From assembly GCA_944372545.1 (NCBI GenBank), contig CALVZO010000031.1:1-40535 (forward strand): a stretch of 40,535 bases of DNA. Reading direction: 5' to 3'. The position numbers and the translations under genes were made by a program. This document shows positions 19,947 to 28,390 of this stretch, one piece after another. Under the pieces are notes generated by a model. It was not told where the DNA came from. It did no database searches and was given only the letters and a program-made list of their open reading frames with translations. Within the stretch, counting starts at the first letter, position 1, and each line of letters starts with the position of its first letter. The stretch comes from an uncultured Bacilli bacterium. GTDB lineage: Bacteria; Bacillota_I; Bacilli_A; RF39; UBA660.

Positions 19947-20924
19947 GTGATTATCATTATAAATAAAAGTATATTAAATAAAATTTATAAAACAATAAAA
20001 AAGTATGATGAAATAGTTATTGCTAGACATGTTGGACCAGACCCTGATGCCGTTGCTAGTCAAATTGCTCTAAGAGATTCTATCTTACTTACTTTCCCAA
20101 GTAAAAAAGTATATGCAGTTGGACTAGGAGTATCTAAATTTAAAACTTATGGTCTTCTTGATCATGTAGATTATAGTACTCTTAATAATCCTTTACTTAT
20201 TGTCCTAGATGTGCCTAATATGGCTAGAATTGATGGAATTGAGAATTTACAATATCAAGAAATTTTAAAAATAGACCATCACCCTAAAGAAGATATTAAG
20301 GGAGTAGTTGAATGGGTTGATGAAAAAAAATCTAGTACATGTCAAATGGTTTGCGAATTAATTTTAAATACTCGTTTAAAATTAAATACTAAAATTGCCG
20401 AAAATCTATTTTTAGGAATAGTTTCTGATAGTGAACGTTTTTCTTTAAAAAACACAACTTATGAAACTTTTGATACTGTAAAAAATTTATTAAAGGTTAG
20501 TAAAATAGATTTCACAAGTCTTTATGATATTTTATACACAAGACCATTTATCGAATATAAATTTATCGCATTTATTACAAATAATTTAGTAATTGATGAA
20601 AATAAAATGGGTTATATAAAAATAAGTGATAAAGATTTAAAAGAATATAATGTTGATTTAGCAACTCCTTCTAATTTAATTAATAATTATAATTTTATTA
20701 ATGAATTATTAGTATGGACTTTTATAACTGAAGATGTTAAAAATAAACAATATAAAATAAGCATTCGCAGTAGGGGACCAATTATCAACAAAATTGCTAG
20801 TAATTATAATGGGGGAGGTCATAAGTTTGCGTGTGGTGCCCGAATAAATACAATGGAAGAAGTTGATAATTTATTAAAAGATTTAAGTAAGGCTTGCAAA
20901 TTTTATGAAAATAAAGAGTTATAA
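19947..20924 (+). CDS. nrnA: DHH-family oligoribonuclease / PAP phosphatase
   Basis: HVGPDPDA, IDHH, SIRSRG, GGGHKFACGA; start codon uncertain. Confidence 0.9.
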   Translation: MIIIINKSILNKIYKTIKKYDEIVIARHVGPDPDAVASQIALRDSILLTFPSKKVYAVGLGVSKFKTYGLLDHVDYSTLNNPLLIVLDVPNMARIDGIENLQYQEILKIDHHPKEDIKGVVEWVDEKKSSTCQMVCELILNTRLKLNTKIAENLFLGIVSDSERFSLKNTTYETFDTVKNLLKVSKIDFTSLYDILYTRPFIEYKFIAFITNNLVIDENKMGYIKISDKDLKEYNVDLATPSNLINNYNFINELLVWTFITEDVKNKQYKISIRSRGPIINKIASNYNGGGHKFACGARINTMEEVDNLLKDLSKACKFYENKEL

Positions 20925-21633
20925 GAAAAAAAGTAATAATTTATATGAAATAACACTAGATAATAATGCTAAAATTAGTTTATATGCTGATGTTATTTTA
21001 AAATATAATTTATTACAAAAAAAGGAAATAAAAAAAGAAGATTTAGAAGAAATAGTAAAAAATAATAAATATTTAGAAAGTTATTATGTTGCAATAAAAT
21101 ATTTAAATAATAAATTAAGAGTAGAAAAAGAAATTAGAAAAAAACTAAGTAATTATGATAAAGAAGTTATAGATTATACAATAGATAGATTACAAAAAGA
21201 AGGTTATTTAAATAATTCTTTATATATAAGAAGTTATGTTAATGATGAAGTAAATCTTAAATTAACTGGTCCAGTAAAAATAAAAAATGATTTATTAAAG
21301 TTAGGATTTAAAGAAATAGAGATAAATAATTATTTAGATACTTTTAGTAATGAAGTATGGCTAGAAAAAATAGAAAAACATATTAAAAAAGCAATAAAAA
21401 ATAATCGTAATTATTCTTCACTTTTTCTAAAAAATAAAATAACAAATGATTTAATAAAAAAAGGCTTTTTAAAAAGTCAGATAAATACAATTATAAATGA
21501 ATATGAATTTAGTGATAATTTAGATATTTATAATAAAGAATATAATAAGTTAAAAAATAAATTAAGTAGTAAATATCAAGGAAGAGATTTAGAACTGCAA
21601 ATAAAAATGAGATTAAAAAAGAAAGGTTTTTAA
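20905..21633 (+). CDS. recX: RecX-family regulator
   Basis: 'EKEIRKKL', 'IDRLQKEGYLN', 'GPVKIKNDLLKLG', terminal 'KKGF' three-helix repeats. Confidence 0.8.
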   Translation: MKIKSYKKKSNNLYEITLDNNAKISLYADVILKYNLLQKKEIKKEDLEEIVKNNKYLESYYVAIKYLNNKLRVEKEIRKKLSNYDKEVIDYTIDRLQKEGYLNNSLYIRSYVNDEVNLKLTGPVKIKNDLLKLGFKEIEINNYLDTFSNEVWLEKIEKHIKKAIKNNRNYSSLFLKNKITNDLIKKGFLKSQINTIINEYEFSDNLDIYNKEYNKLKNKLSSKYQGRDLELQIKMRLKKKGF

Positions 21634-21642
21634 AATAAGTAT

Positions 21643-21845
21643 TTGGCAAAATCCAAATAATATGATATTATTTTATTGGAAAGAAGACCATCTAGGAAAA
21701 CTTTTCACTTAAGTTTTTATGATTTAAGTGATTTTTTTTGTTTATAACCTTGAATTTATATCTTGAAATAGATAATATTTTATGATAATATTATTTCGGA
21801 AACAAAACCAGAAAGCCACTTAAATTAATTAGGTGGTTTTCTTTT
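21643..21845 (+). ncRNA. Two tandem promoter-short RNA-terminator units (120-bp period)
   Basis: TTGGCA-17-TATTAT and TTGAAA-17-TAATAT; cores GGAAAGAAGACCA and GGAAACAAAACCA; CACTTAA hairpins with U tails. Confidence 0.5.
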
Positions 21846-21876
21846 ACCAAATTTTAATAGTTAGTGAGTGTTATTT

Positions 21877-22695
21877 ATGGAAAAATATAAAGAAATTGAA
21901 AGAAGTATTATAAAAAAATTTCGAAAAGAAGTATGGAGTAAAGTAATAAAAGGAATACAAGAATATGATTTAATTAAAGAAAATGATAATATAATGGTTT
22001 GTATAAGTGGAGGTAAAGATTCCTTTTTAATGGCTAAATGTTTACAAGAATTATTACGTCATGGCAAAATTAAATTTAATTTACATTTTGTTGTTATGGA
22101 CCCTGGTTATAAAAATAGTATTATTGCAAAAATTAAAACAAATGCTAAAACATTAAATGTTCCAATAGAAATATTTCAAACTAATATTTTTGCTATTATA
22201 GAAAAAGGTGCTTCAAAAAGTCCTTGTTATTTATGTGCAAGAATGAGAAGAGGTTACTTATATAGTAAAGCAGAAGAACTAGGTTGTAATAAAATTGCTT
22301 TAGGACACCATTTTGATGATGTCATTGAAACATCTCTTTTATCTATGTTTTATTCATCAGAAATAAAAACTATGTTACCAAAATTACATAGTGATAATTT
22401 TAATGGACTAGAATTAATTAGACCTCTTTATTTAGTAAAAGAAGAGGCAATTAATGCTTGGACTAAATATAATAATCTTGAATTTATTAACTGCGCTTGT
22501 AAATTTACAGAAGAAGAGAATATTAACGATAGTAAAAGAAGAGAAGTTAAAGAGTTAATTAATAAGTTAAGAGAAGTTAATAAAAACATTGATTTTAATA
22601 TTTTTAAAAGTTTAGATAATATCAATTTAGATTATGTTTTAGGGTATCGAAAAAATGATAAATACCATAGTTTTTTAGAAGATTATGACAAATAA
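21877..22695 (+). CDS. ttcA: tRNA 2-thiocytidine(32) synthetase TtcA family
   Basis: ISGGKDS, PCYLCARMRRG, GHHFDD, IRPL, CAC. Confidence 0.88.
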   Translation: MEKYKEIERSIIKKFRKEVWSKVIKGIQEYDLIKENDNIMVCISGGKDSFLMAKCLQELLRHGKIKFNLHFVVMDPGYKNSIIAKIKTNAKTLNVPIEIFQTNIFAIIEKGASKSPCYLCARMRRGYLYSKAEELGCNKIALGHHFDDVIETSLLSMFYSSEIKTMLPKLHSDNFNGLELIRPLYLVKEEAINAWTKYNNLEFINCACKFTEEENINDSKRREVKELINKLREVNKNIDFNIFKSLDNINLDYVLGYRKNDKYHSFLEDYDK

Positions 22696-22711
22696 AAAGA
22701 ATCTTCTTTTT

Positions 22712-23731
22712 TTATTCAGAAGATTCACTTTGATTTGCTAAATTGTTTAAATATATTCCATATTGTCTATCAAGTTCGCTATCATTAATTTTTAAATTAT
22801 ATAATTCTCTATAATATTTCATTGCATTTAGAAAAATATCTGTTTCAGTACTTAACATTTCATTTGCTAATGTATCAATTATTTCTTCTTTAATATCATC
22901 TAATTCTTCTTTTTCTTTGGAAGCATTGCGATAAATAATATGATAACCTAATTCAGTAGTAACAATACTTTTACTATATTCACCATCATTTAATTTATAA
23001 GCCGCATCAATTAATTCATCATATTCTTCAGATAAATCACCATAATTAATGTAACCTAAATTACCATCTTTATCTTTAGTAATTTCATCTTTACTATATT
23101 CTTTAACTAAAGATTTAAAAGTTTCTAATTTATTATCAGCATCATTTAATCTTTTAATAATATCATTAGCAATTGTCTTTGCTTCATTTTCTTTTTCAGT
23201 AACTTCATCATCTTCCATATCATCAGTAACATCTGGTGTAATTAAAATATGATAAACCTCAATATCACCTTTAACATCATTTTTGTAATAATCTTCAATA
23301 TCTTTATCAGTTACTTGCATTTTAGCATATTCTTCAACAGCATAAGAAGTCATAAAACTTAAATATAAATATTCTTCATAACCTTCAATACTTGTATAAC
23401 TAGTCTTTGCTTGAATATCACTAAGTAAGTCTTCTTCACTTCCGTATGATTCAATCATTGCATCTATGTAAGAAGATGCATATTCTTTTGCTGTATCAAT
23501 ATAATCAGCATATTCTTTTTCTAAAATATAAGTATCAATTAATTTAATTGTCGCTTCAAGACCGAAATTTTTCTTTAATTCTTCAAATAAATCTTCAGCA
23601 CTTATATGATATTCTTCTTCACCTTTCGTAAATGATACAACGGCTTCTTCACCATTTTGTAGTGTTGGTATTTTTCCACATCCACATAATAATAACAAAC
23701 ATATTAAACTTAATATTAAACTTTTTCTCAT
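22712..23731 (-). CDS. prsA: Lipoprotein foldase, parvulin-type PPIase
   Basis: Lipobox LCGC, HILI, DGNLGY, TELGYHII. Confidence 0.88.
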   Translation of the reverse strand: MRKSLILSLICLLLLCGCGKIPTLQNGEEAVVSFTKGEEEYHISAEDLFEELKKNFGLEATIKLIDTYILEKEYADYIDTAKEYASSYIDAMIESYGSEEDLLSDIQAKTSYTSIEGYEEYLYLSFMTSYAVEEYAKMQVTDKDIEDYYKNDVKGDIEVYHILITPDVTDDMEDDEVTEKENEAKTIANDIIKRLNDADNKLETFKSLVKEYSKDEITKDKDGNLGYINYGDLSEEYDELIDAAYKLNDGEYSKSIVTTELGYHIIYRNASKEKEELDDIKEEIIDTLANEMLSTETDIFLNAMKYYRELYNLKINDSELDRQYGIYLNNLANQSESSE

Positions 23732-23751
23732 TTTTTCCTCCCAATAGTACT

Positions 23752-23780
23752 ATTATAACAAGAATAGAGCATAAATACAA
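23752..23780 (-). promoter_or_regulatory. sigmaA promoter of prsA
   Basis: Minus strand TTGTAT-17-TATAAT with a TG extension. Confidence 0.65.
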
Positions 23781-23793
23781 ACAAATTAAGCAC

Positions 23794-23821
23794 TCACACT
23801 TCAAATTATTAACCATAGATT
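23794..23821 (+). promoter_or_regulatory. sigmaK-like promoter
   Basis: tcAC(23796-97)-16 nt-CATAGATT(23814-21). Confidence 0.55.
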
Positions 23822-23853
23822 ATAAATGAATAGATATAAAGGAGGAGTGAAAT

Positions 23854-23940
23854 ATGTACTGTGGAAATAATGGAATTGGTGCAGCAATCATTTTAGTATT
23901 ATTTATTTTATTAATTATAATAGTAGGAGCTTATATTTAA
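23854..23940 (+). CDS. YjcZ/SscA-family sporulation peptide (28 aa)
   Basis: Not in the ORF track. MYCGNNGIGAAIILVLFILLIIIVGAYI matches the 'IxVLFILLIIxG' signature; AAGGAGG SD. Confidence 0.85.
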   Translation: MYCGNNGIGAAIILVLFILLIIIVGAYI

Positions 23941-23963
23941 GTTAATAAAAGGAGGTAAATATT

Positions 23964-24086
23964 ATGGCTTGCCAAAAAAATTGTGATAAAGAAAAATCGC
24001 ATAATCCCCAAAATAATTATGTGTTTATAGTATTAATACTATATATATTGTTAGCAATAATCATTGGTGGAAATTTATTTTATTAG
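23964..24086 (+). CDS. Second YjcZ-like membrane peptide (40 aa)
   Basis: Not in the ORF track. MACQKNCDKEKSHNPQNNYVFIVLILYILLAIIIGGNLFY; AAGGAGGT SD. Confidence 0.75.
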   Translation: MACQKNCDKEKSHNPQNNYVFIVLILYILLAIIIGGNLFY

Positions 24087-24087
24087 G

Positions 24088-24110
24088 AAAGAGGTTAAGC
24101 CTCTTTTTTT
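24088..24110 (+). terminator. Intrinsic terminator
   Basis: AAAGAGG-TTAAG-CCTCTTTTTTT. Confidence 0.75.
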
Positions 24111-24169
24111 AATTTACACTTTTTAGAAGTTATGTTAAAATAATCTCAATTATTTTTGGTGGGGGTATT

Positions 24170-25258
24170 ATGGACAAATACGAATTAGATTATGAAGATT
24201 ATTGCAATATTAAAAGATTATTTAATTTATATAAAGAAATTGAAGAAGTATATGATGAGTTACTCCAATTAGAATTTGAAAATAAACAAAATACACCGAT
24301 ATATGATCAATTTTTAAGAATGCTAAAAAAGTTTCGAGAAGAAGAAAATGATATTTTAGAGTTTTTAGTAACAAGTAACGAAGCAAATGATGCGATTATT
24401 GAATATATAATTCCAAGTTATCCGGAATTAGAAACAGAAATTGAATTAATAAAAAATGAAGAAATTAACCTTTATAATTTAAGATTATTTAATAAACTTT
24501 TAAATTGGCAAACAGATGATTATGGTTTTGAAGATATTGAAGATATTGAAGATATTGAAGATATTGAAGATATTGAAGATATTGAAGATATTGAAGATAT
24601 TGAAGATATTGAAAATATTGAAAATAATAGTGAAGATGAATTTGAAAACGATGAAAATGCCTTTATTTTTTATGTTTTCAATGTTGTTAAAGATCATGAT
24701 GATGAAGTTGTTTTTGAAAATTCTATGGAAAGTGATTTTTTAAATACTTTTTTAGCCATTATAACTAAAACATTATCTTTATGTGATAATGATACAATTA
24801 CATCAATTTTATTGAAATTTAAGTATCAATTATTATTTGTTTTTAATACTCTTGAAGATACTTATATTGATAAAAATTTTAATTTTGATAAGTTATATAT
24901 TGGTTCAAAAATTACCTCTGAAATTCAAAATCGTGGTATAGATGAATATGAATTTTATATTAATGAATATTTAGATAATTTTTTAAATAATCAAATAATA
25001 TCTTTAATTGATAATTCTGATAATTTAAGTGAAAATATTTCTAAAATTGAAATAACTAAAATTATAGTTAGATCTATTTTATTATTTTTAAAAAGAGAAG
25101 AAGTAACTAAATTTCAAACTTTATTAGATACTATTTTAAGTAATTTTATTGATGATGAAAAAACCAAAAATGAAATACTAAATGATATATTTATAAACTA
25201 TAATACTGATTTAGAATTACCAAATATTTTAACATTTTATCCTAATAGAGGAAGATAA
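24170..25258 (+). CDS. Acidic hypothetical protein with (EDI)9 tract
   Basis: 362-aa ORF with its own promoter TTTACA-17-TAAAAT (24113-41) and a G-rich SD; no recognisable domain. Confidence 0.75.
   Translation: MDKYELDYEDYCNIKRLFNLYKEIEEVYDELLQLEFENKQNTPIYDQFLRMLKKFREEENDILEFLVTSNEANDAIIEYIIPSYPELETEIELIKNEEINLYNLRLFNKLLNWQTDDYGFEDIEDIEDIEDIEDIEDIEDIEDIEDIENIENNSEDEFENDENAFIFYVFNVVKDHDDEVVFENSMESDFLNTFLAIITKTLSLCDNDTITSILLKFKYQLLFVFNTLEDTYIDKNFNFDKLYIGSKITSEIQNRGIDEYEFYINEYLDNFLNNQIISLIDNSDNLSENISKIEITKIIVRSILLFLKREEVTKFQTLLDTILSNFIDDEKTKNEILNDIFINYNTDLELPNILTFYPNRGR
24530..24619 (+). repeat. 9-bp tandem repeat (GAAGATATT)x9 plus one degenerate unit
   Basis: Perfect array at 24530-24610, then GAAAATATT. 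Confidence 0.97.
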
Positions 25259-25296
25259 GCATAAAAAAACTACATTTTATTCAATGTAGAATTTTT

Positions 25297-26508
25297 TTAT
25301 TCTGTACTAGTGTTTGGAAGTGGGGCAATATTTATATTTTCATTATATTGCTTTAATACTTTACTAAATTCTTCATAAACACTTTCATAATTTTTTAAAT
25401 ATTTTTCTTCCATTTTACTAAAAGGTATAACTAAATATTCTCTTTGGGCTCCACTTGAAGAACGATAAGTATAATTTAAATCAGCCCCAATATTATCTAT
25501 TGTAATAGTAGTTGTATTGTTTTCTGTATCAACAACTTTTGTAATATCTAAAGTAGCAAACATACCAATAACACCAACTTTTCTAACCCAGGCTTCTTCT
25601 GCTCCCATTTGATTAGAAATAAAATTACCAAAAGAGTAGAATACAACAGTATCATCAATCATTTCCCAAGGTTCAATACAATGTGAGTGTGTTCCTAAAA
25701 TAATATCAACACCATTATCTGCTAAAAATTTGGCTTGACTTCTTTGTGTATCTGTTGCGTTTTGTACATACTCACTTCCCCAGTGCATTGCTACAATTAA
25801 AATATCAACTTTATCACGAACAGCAGCAATATCTTCTAAAACTTGTTCTTCGTTCCATACATTAACTATAAATGGCTCATTAGCAAGTTCACTTTTACCT
25901 AATCCATTGGTACCATATGTATAAGATAACATTGTATAAGTTATCCCATTTGCTTCCATTATTTTATAATTAGAACGCGCTTTGCTACTACTAGCCATAC
26001 CGGTTGCTAATACTCCTTCTTGAGATTCCCACCAACTAGCATATTTTTTGGCACTATCGCCACCCATATCCATTGAGTGATTAGTAGCAAGACTAATTAA
26101 ATTAAAACCAGTATCAAGCATATCTTCACCAAACTGACTAGGCCCATTAAATCTAGGATATCCACTATAGGCTTTAGAATCATCAAATATAGTTTCTTGA
26201 TTATAATATTTAATATCATAATCTTTAATTAATTCTTTTGTATAAGTTAGCATATTAGAAAAATCATATGTTCCATTAGTTTTTCCTGCATTATAAACAG
26301 TTGAGTGTAAAAGAGCATCTCCAGTTGCAATTAAACTTGCTTTATAAGTTTTTATTGGATTTTCTTTTTCTTTCTCTTCTTCTTTATTAAAAATTGAATT
26401 GTTATCATCTTTTATAAGCATACTTTTTACTCCCCAAAAACCAACTAATACAATAACAAGAAATATAATTAAGGAAATTCTTTTTGTTTTTCTTTTTAAT
26501 CTTGCCAT
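25297..26508 (-). CDS. CapA/PGA_cap-family metallophosphoesterase, membrane anchored
   Basis: GDALLH, LATNH, MHWGSEY, GTHSH, YSFGNF; N-terminal transmembrane helix. Confidence 0.88.
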   Translation of the reverse strand: MARLKRKTKRISLIIFLVIVLVGFWGVKSMLIKDDNNSIFNKEEEKEKENPIKTYKASLIATGDALLHSTVYNAGKTNGTYDFSNMLTYTKELIKDYDIKYYNQETIFDDSKAYSGYPRFNGPSQFGEDMLDTGFNLISLATNHSMDMGGDSAKKYASWWESQEGVLATGMASSSKARSNYKIMEANGITYTMLSYTYGTNGLGKSELANEPFIVNVWNEEQVLEDIAAVRDKVDILIVAMHWGSEYVQNATDTQRSQAKFLADNGVDIILGTHSHCIEPWEMIDDTVVFYSFGNFISNQMGAEEAWVRKVGVIGMFATLDITKVVDTENNTTTITIDNIGADLNYTYRSSSGAQREYLVIPFSKMEEKYLKNYESVYEEFSKVLKQYNENINIAPLPNTSTE

Positions 26509-26867
26509 TATTTTAGTACCTCATAAACTTTTGTTACTTCAAGTTCACTTCTTGTTCCATGATTAGGAAGTAAATGCATATGATAATGTTTTATTTTTTG
26601 CGCATTTCCATAATTTACACAAATTGATAATTCTTTTGCATTTAATCTTTCCATAATATGTTTTGTATATTTTTTAGCAATTTCATTAATATGAACAACC
26701 AAATCACTAGGTAAATCCATAAATGTATCATAATGTTTTTTAGGAATTATCAAAGTATGTCCATCAACATTAGGATAAGCGTCCATAATAACCATTACTA
26801 AATCATCTTCATATAATTTCAAAGTTGGCACTTCGCCATTAATAATTTTACAAAATAAACACTCCAT
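26508..26867 (-). CDS. hit: HIT-family nucleotide hydrolase
   Basis: CLFC, GHTLIIPKKH, HYHMHLLP; its stop overlaps the start of the CapA-family gene (TAATG). Confidence 0.92.
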   Translation of the reverse strand: MECLFCKIINGEVPTLKLYEDDLVMVIMDAYPNVDGHTLIIPKKHYDTFMDLPSDLVVHINEIAKKYTKHIMERLNAKELSICVNYGNAQKIKHYHMHLLPNHGTRSELEVTKVYEVLK

Positions 26868-26926
26868 AATACCACCATCTAAATTGTAACAGAAATATCA
26901 AAAAATAAAAAGTGGTAAATAAATTT

Positions 26927-26956
26927 GTATTCATTTTTAGGCATTTCGCATAAATT
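26927..26956 (+). promoter_or_regulatory. sigmaE/sigmaK-like promoter of cotE
   Basis: GTATTCA-15 nt-CATAAATT(26949-56). Confidence 0.45.
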
Positions 26957-26976
26957 AAATTAGAGGAGTGATAAAT

Positions 26977-27507
26977 TTGTCTAACTTTAGAGAAATTGTA
27001 ACTAAAGCCGTTATTGGAAAAGCAAAAAAAACAAGTGGGGGAAGTTACAAAATAACGACTGATGAAGTACCAAATACTATTTTAGGTTGTTGGGTTATAA
27101 ATCATAGTTTTAATGGTACAAATAATTTAGGAAGTGTTTTAATAAATGGAGCATTCGATATTAATGTTTGGTATTCTTATGATAATGATACAAAAACTGG
27201 CGTTACAACCAAAAGATTTACTTACACCGATAAAATGAATATTCCACTTAAAAACGATAGCATTTTAGATAATAATTCCGAAATAATTGTAAGAAGTTTG
27301 AAACAACCAACAGTTACTAATGTTGATATTGTAGATGGTGTAGTTAATTTAACTATTGAAAAAGAATTGGGTGTAGAAATTGTTGGTAACACTAAAGTTA
27401 AAGTTTCAGTAGAAGATTTTGATGATGACTATGAAGAAGTAATTGATGAAGAAATTGAAAATGAAATAGATAATTTAGAAGAAGACTATTTAGATAAGAA
27501 GGAATAA
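26977..27507 (+). CDS. cotE: Outer spore coat morphogenetic protein
   Basis: 'FREIVTKAVIGK', 'ILGCWVINH', 'DINVWYSYDNDTKT', acidic tail; likely TTG start after the GAGGAG SD. Confidence 0.9.
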   Translation: MSNFREIVTKAVIGKAKKTSGGSYKITTDEVPNTILGCWVINHSFNGTNNLGSVLINGAFDINVWYSYDNDTKTGVTTKRFTYTDKMNIPLKNDSILDNNSEIIVRSLKQPTVTNVDIVDGVVNLTIEKELGVEIVGNTKVKVSVEDFDDDYEEVIDEEIENEIDNLEEDYLDKKE

Positions 27508-27556
27508 TTTAAAGGGCTATCTATTGAAAAAGATAGTAATTTAAGGTATCGTGAAT

Positions 27557-27682
27557 ATGGCAAGAGATATTGACATAAAATAAAAAAAGGGAACATTCAG
27601 TTTATCGTGCTTAATTTCTACTCAAAATACATTAAGTTAGATTAGACATTTAATTCAATGAAGAATTAAGTGTCATTTTTTT
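27557..27682 (+). ncRNA. Candidate sRNA or long structured 3' region after cotE
   Basis: TTGAAA-17-TATCGT (27524-52); strong terminator at 27645-27682. Confidence 0.35.
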
Positions 27683-27709
27683 ATTGCTTACAAAAAAGCA
27701 AGAAAAAAA

Positions 27710-27761
27710 TATATACAGTCAACATTTTTTTGTTGACTGTATATAATATTAATGGTATACT
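27710..27761 (+). promoter_or_regulatory. rpsP promoter with a 15-bp perfect inverted repeat over the -35
   Basis: TATATACAGTCAACA-T6-TGTTGACTGTATATA; TTGACT-17-TATACT. Confidence 0.75.
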
Positions 27762-27789
27762 TACTTTAGTAAAAAAGGAGGCAGAAATT

Positions 27790-28065
27790 ATGGCAGTTAA
27801 ATTAAGATTAAAAAGAATGGGTTCAAAACAAAAACCATTTTATAGAATAGTTGTGGCTGATTCTCGTAGTTCAAGAGATGGTCGCTTTATCGAAACAATT
27901 GGTACTTATGATCCAATTAAAGGTAGCGATAAAGTAACTATCGATGAAGAAAAAGCATTAACTTGGTTAAAAAATGGGGCAGAACCTACTGATACAGTAA
28001 GAAATATTTTATCACATGCTGGTGTTATGAAAAAACATGCTGATTCAAAAAAGAAAACTAAATAG
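27790..28065 (+). CDS. rpsP: 30S ribosomal protein S16
   Basis: [11 protein letters not shown]...[18 protein letters not shown]; the true start is ATG 27790 after AAGGAGG. Confidence 0.97.
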   Translation: MAVKLRLKRMGSKQKPFYRIVVADSRSSRDGRFIETIGTYDPIKGSDKVTIDEEKALTWLKNGAEPTDTVRNILSHAGVMKKHADSKKKTK

Positions 28066-28073
28066 AGGTTTTT

Positions 28074-28319
28074 ATGAATGTAGTAGAATTTGCAGAGTAT
28101 TTAATAAAAAATATTGTCAGAGAACCAGACTTAATTAAAGTATCTTTATTTGAAGCAGATGAAGATATTACTATTTTAGAAATTCTTGTTCCAGAAAGTG
28201 AAATGGGAAGAGTTATTGGTAGAGGTGGTAAAACTTCAACTGCAATTAGAACTTTAATTCAAGCATTCGCAGCAGTTCAAAAAATGCCAAAAGTAAAAAT
28301 CAATATTGATGCATTTTAA
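28074..28319 (+). CDS. khpA: KH-domain RNA-binding protein
   Basis: MGRVIGRGGKT GxxG loop; follows rpsP. Confidence 0.9.
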   Translation: MNVVEFAEYLIKNIVREPDLIKVSLFEADEDITILEILVPESEMGRVIGRGGKTSTAIRTLIQAFAAVQKMPKVKINIDAF

Positions 28320-28345
28320 GGAAGTAGGAAACTATTTCTTTTTTT
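28319..28345 (+). terminator. Intrinsic terminator after khpA
   Basis: AGGAAGTAG-GAAA-CTATTTCTT followed by a T run. Confidence 0.7.
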
Positions 28346-28390
28346 ATTAATAATTTTTTCTATTTTTAAATACTATTTAATGGTGATAAT

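Noticed and set aside
23632-23829. 65-aa plus-strand ORF
   Set aside because: Overlaps the prsA start and both promoters; no SD.
24500-24743. Overlapping ORFs with (NIF)n and (LKI)n repeats
   Set aside because: Alternative-frame readings of the stop-free 9-bp repeat; no SD.
27613-27622. AATTTCTACT, resembling the start of a Cas12a repeat
   Set aside because: Single intergenic copy with no proper GTAGAT stem, no spacers and no cas genes; the same 10-mer occurs by chance in pyrG at 12761.
27670-27789. 40-aa N-terminal extension of S16
   Set aside because: It spans the terminator and promoter; the SD supports ATG 27790.
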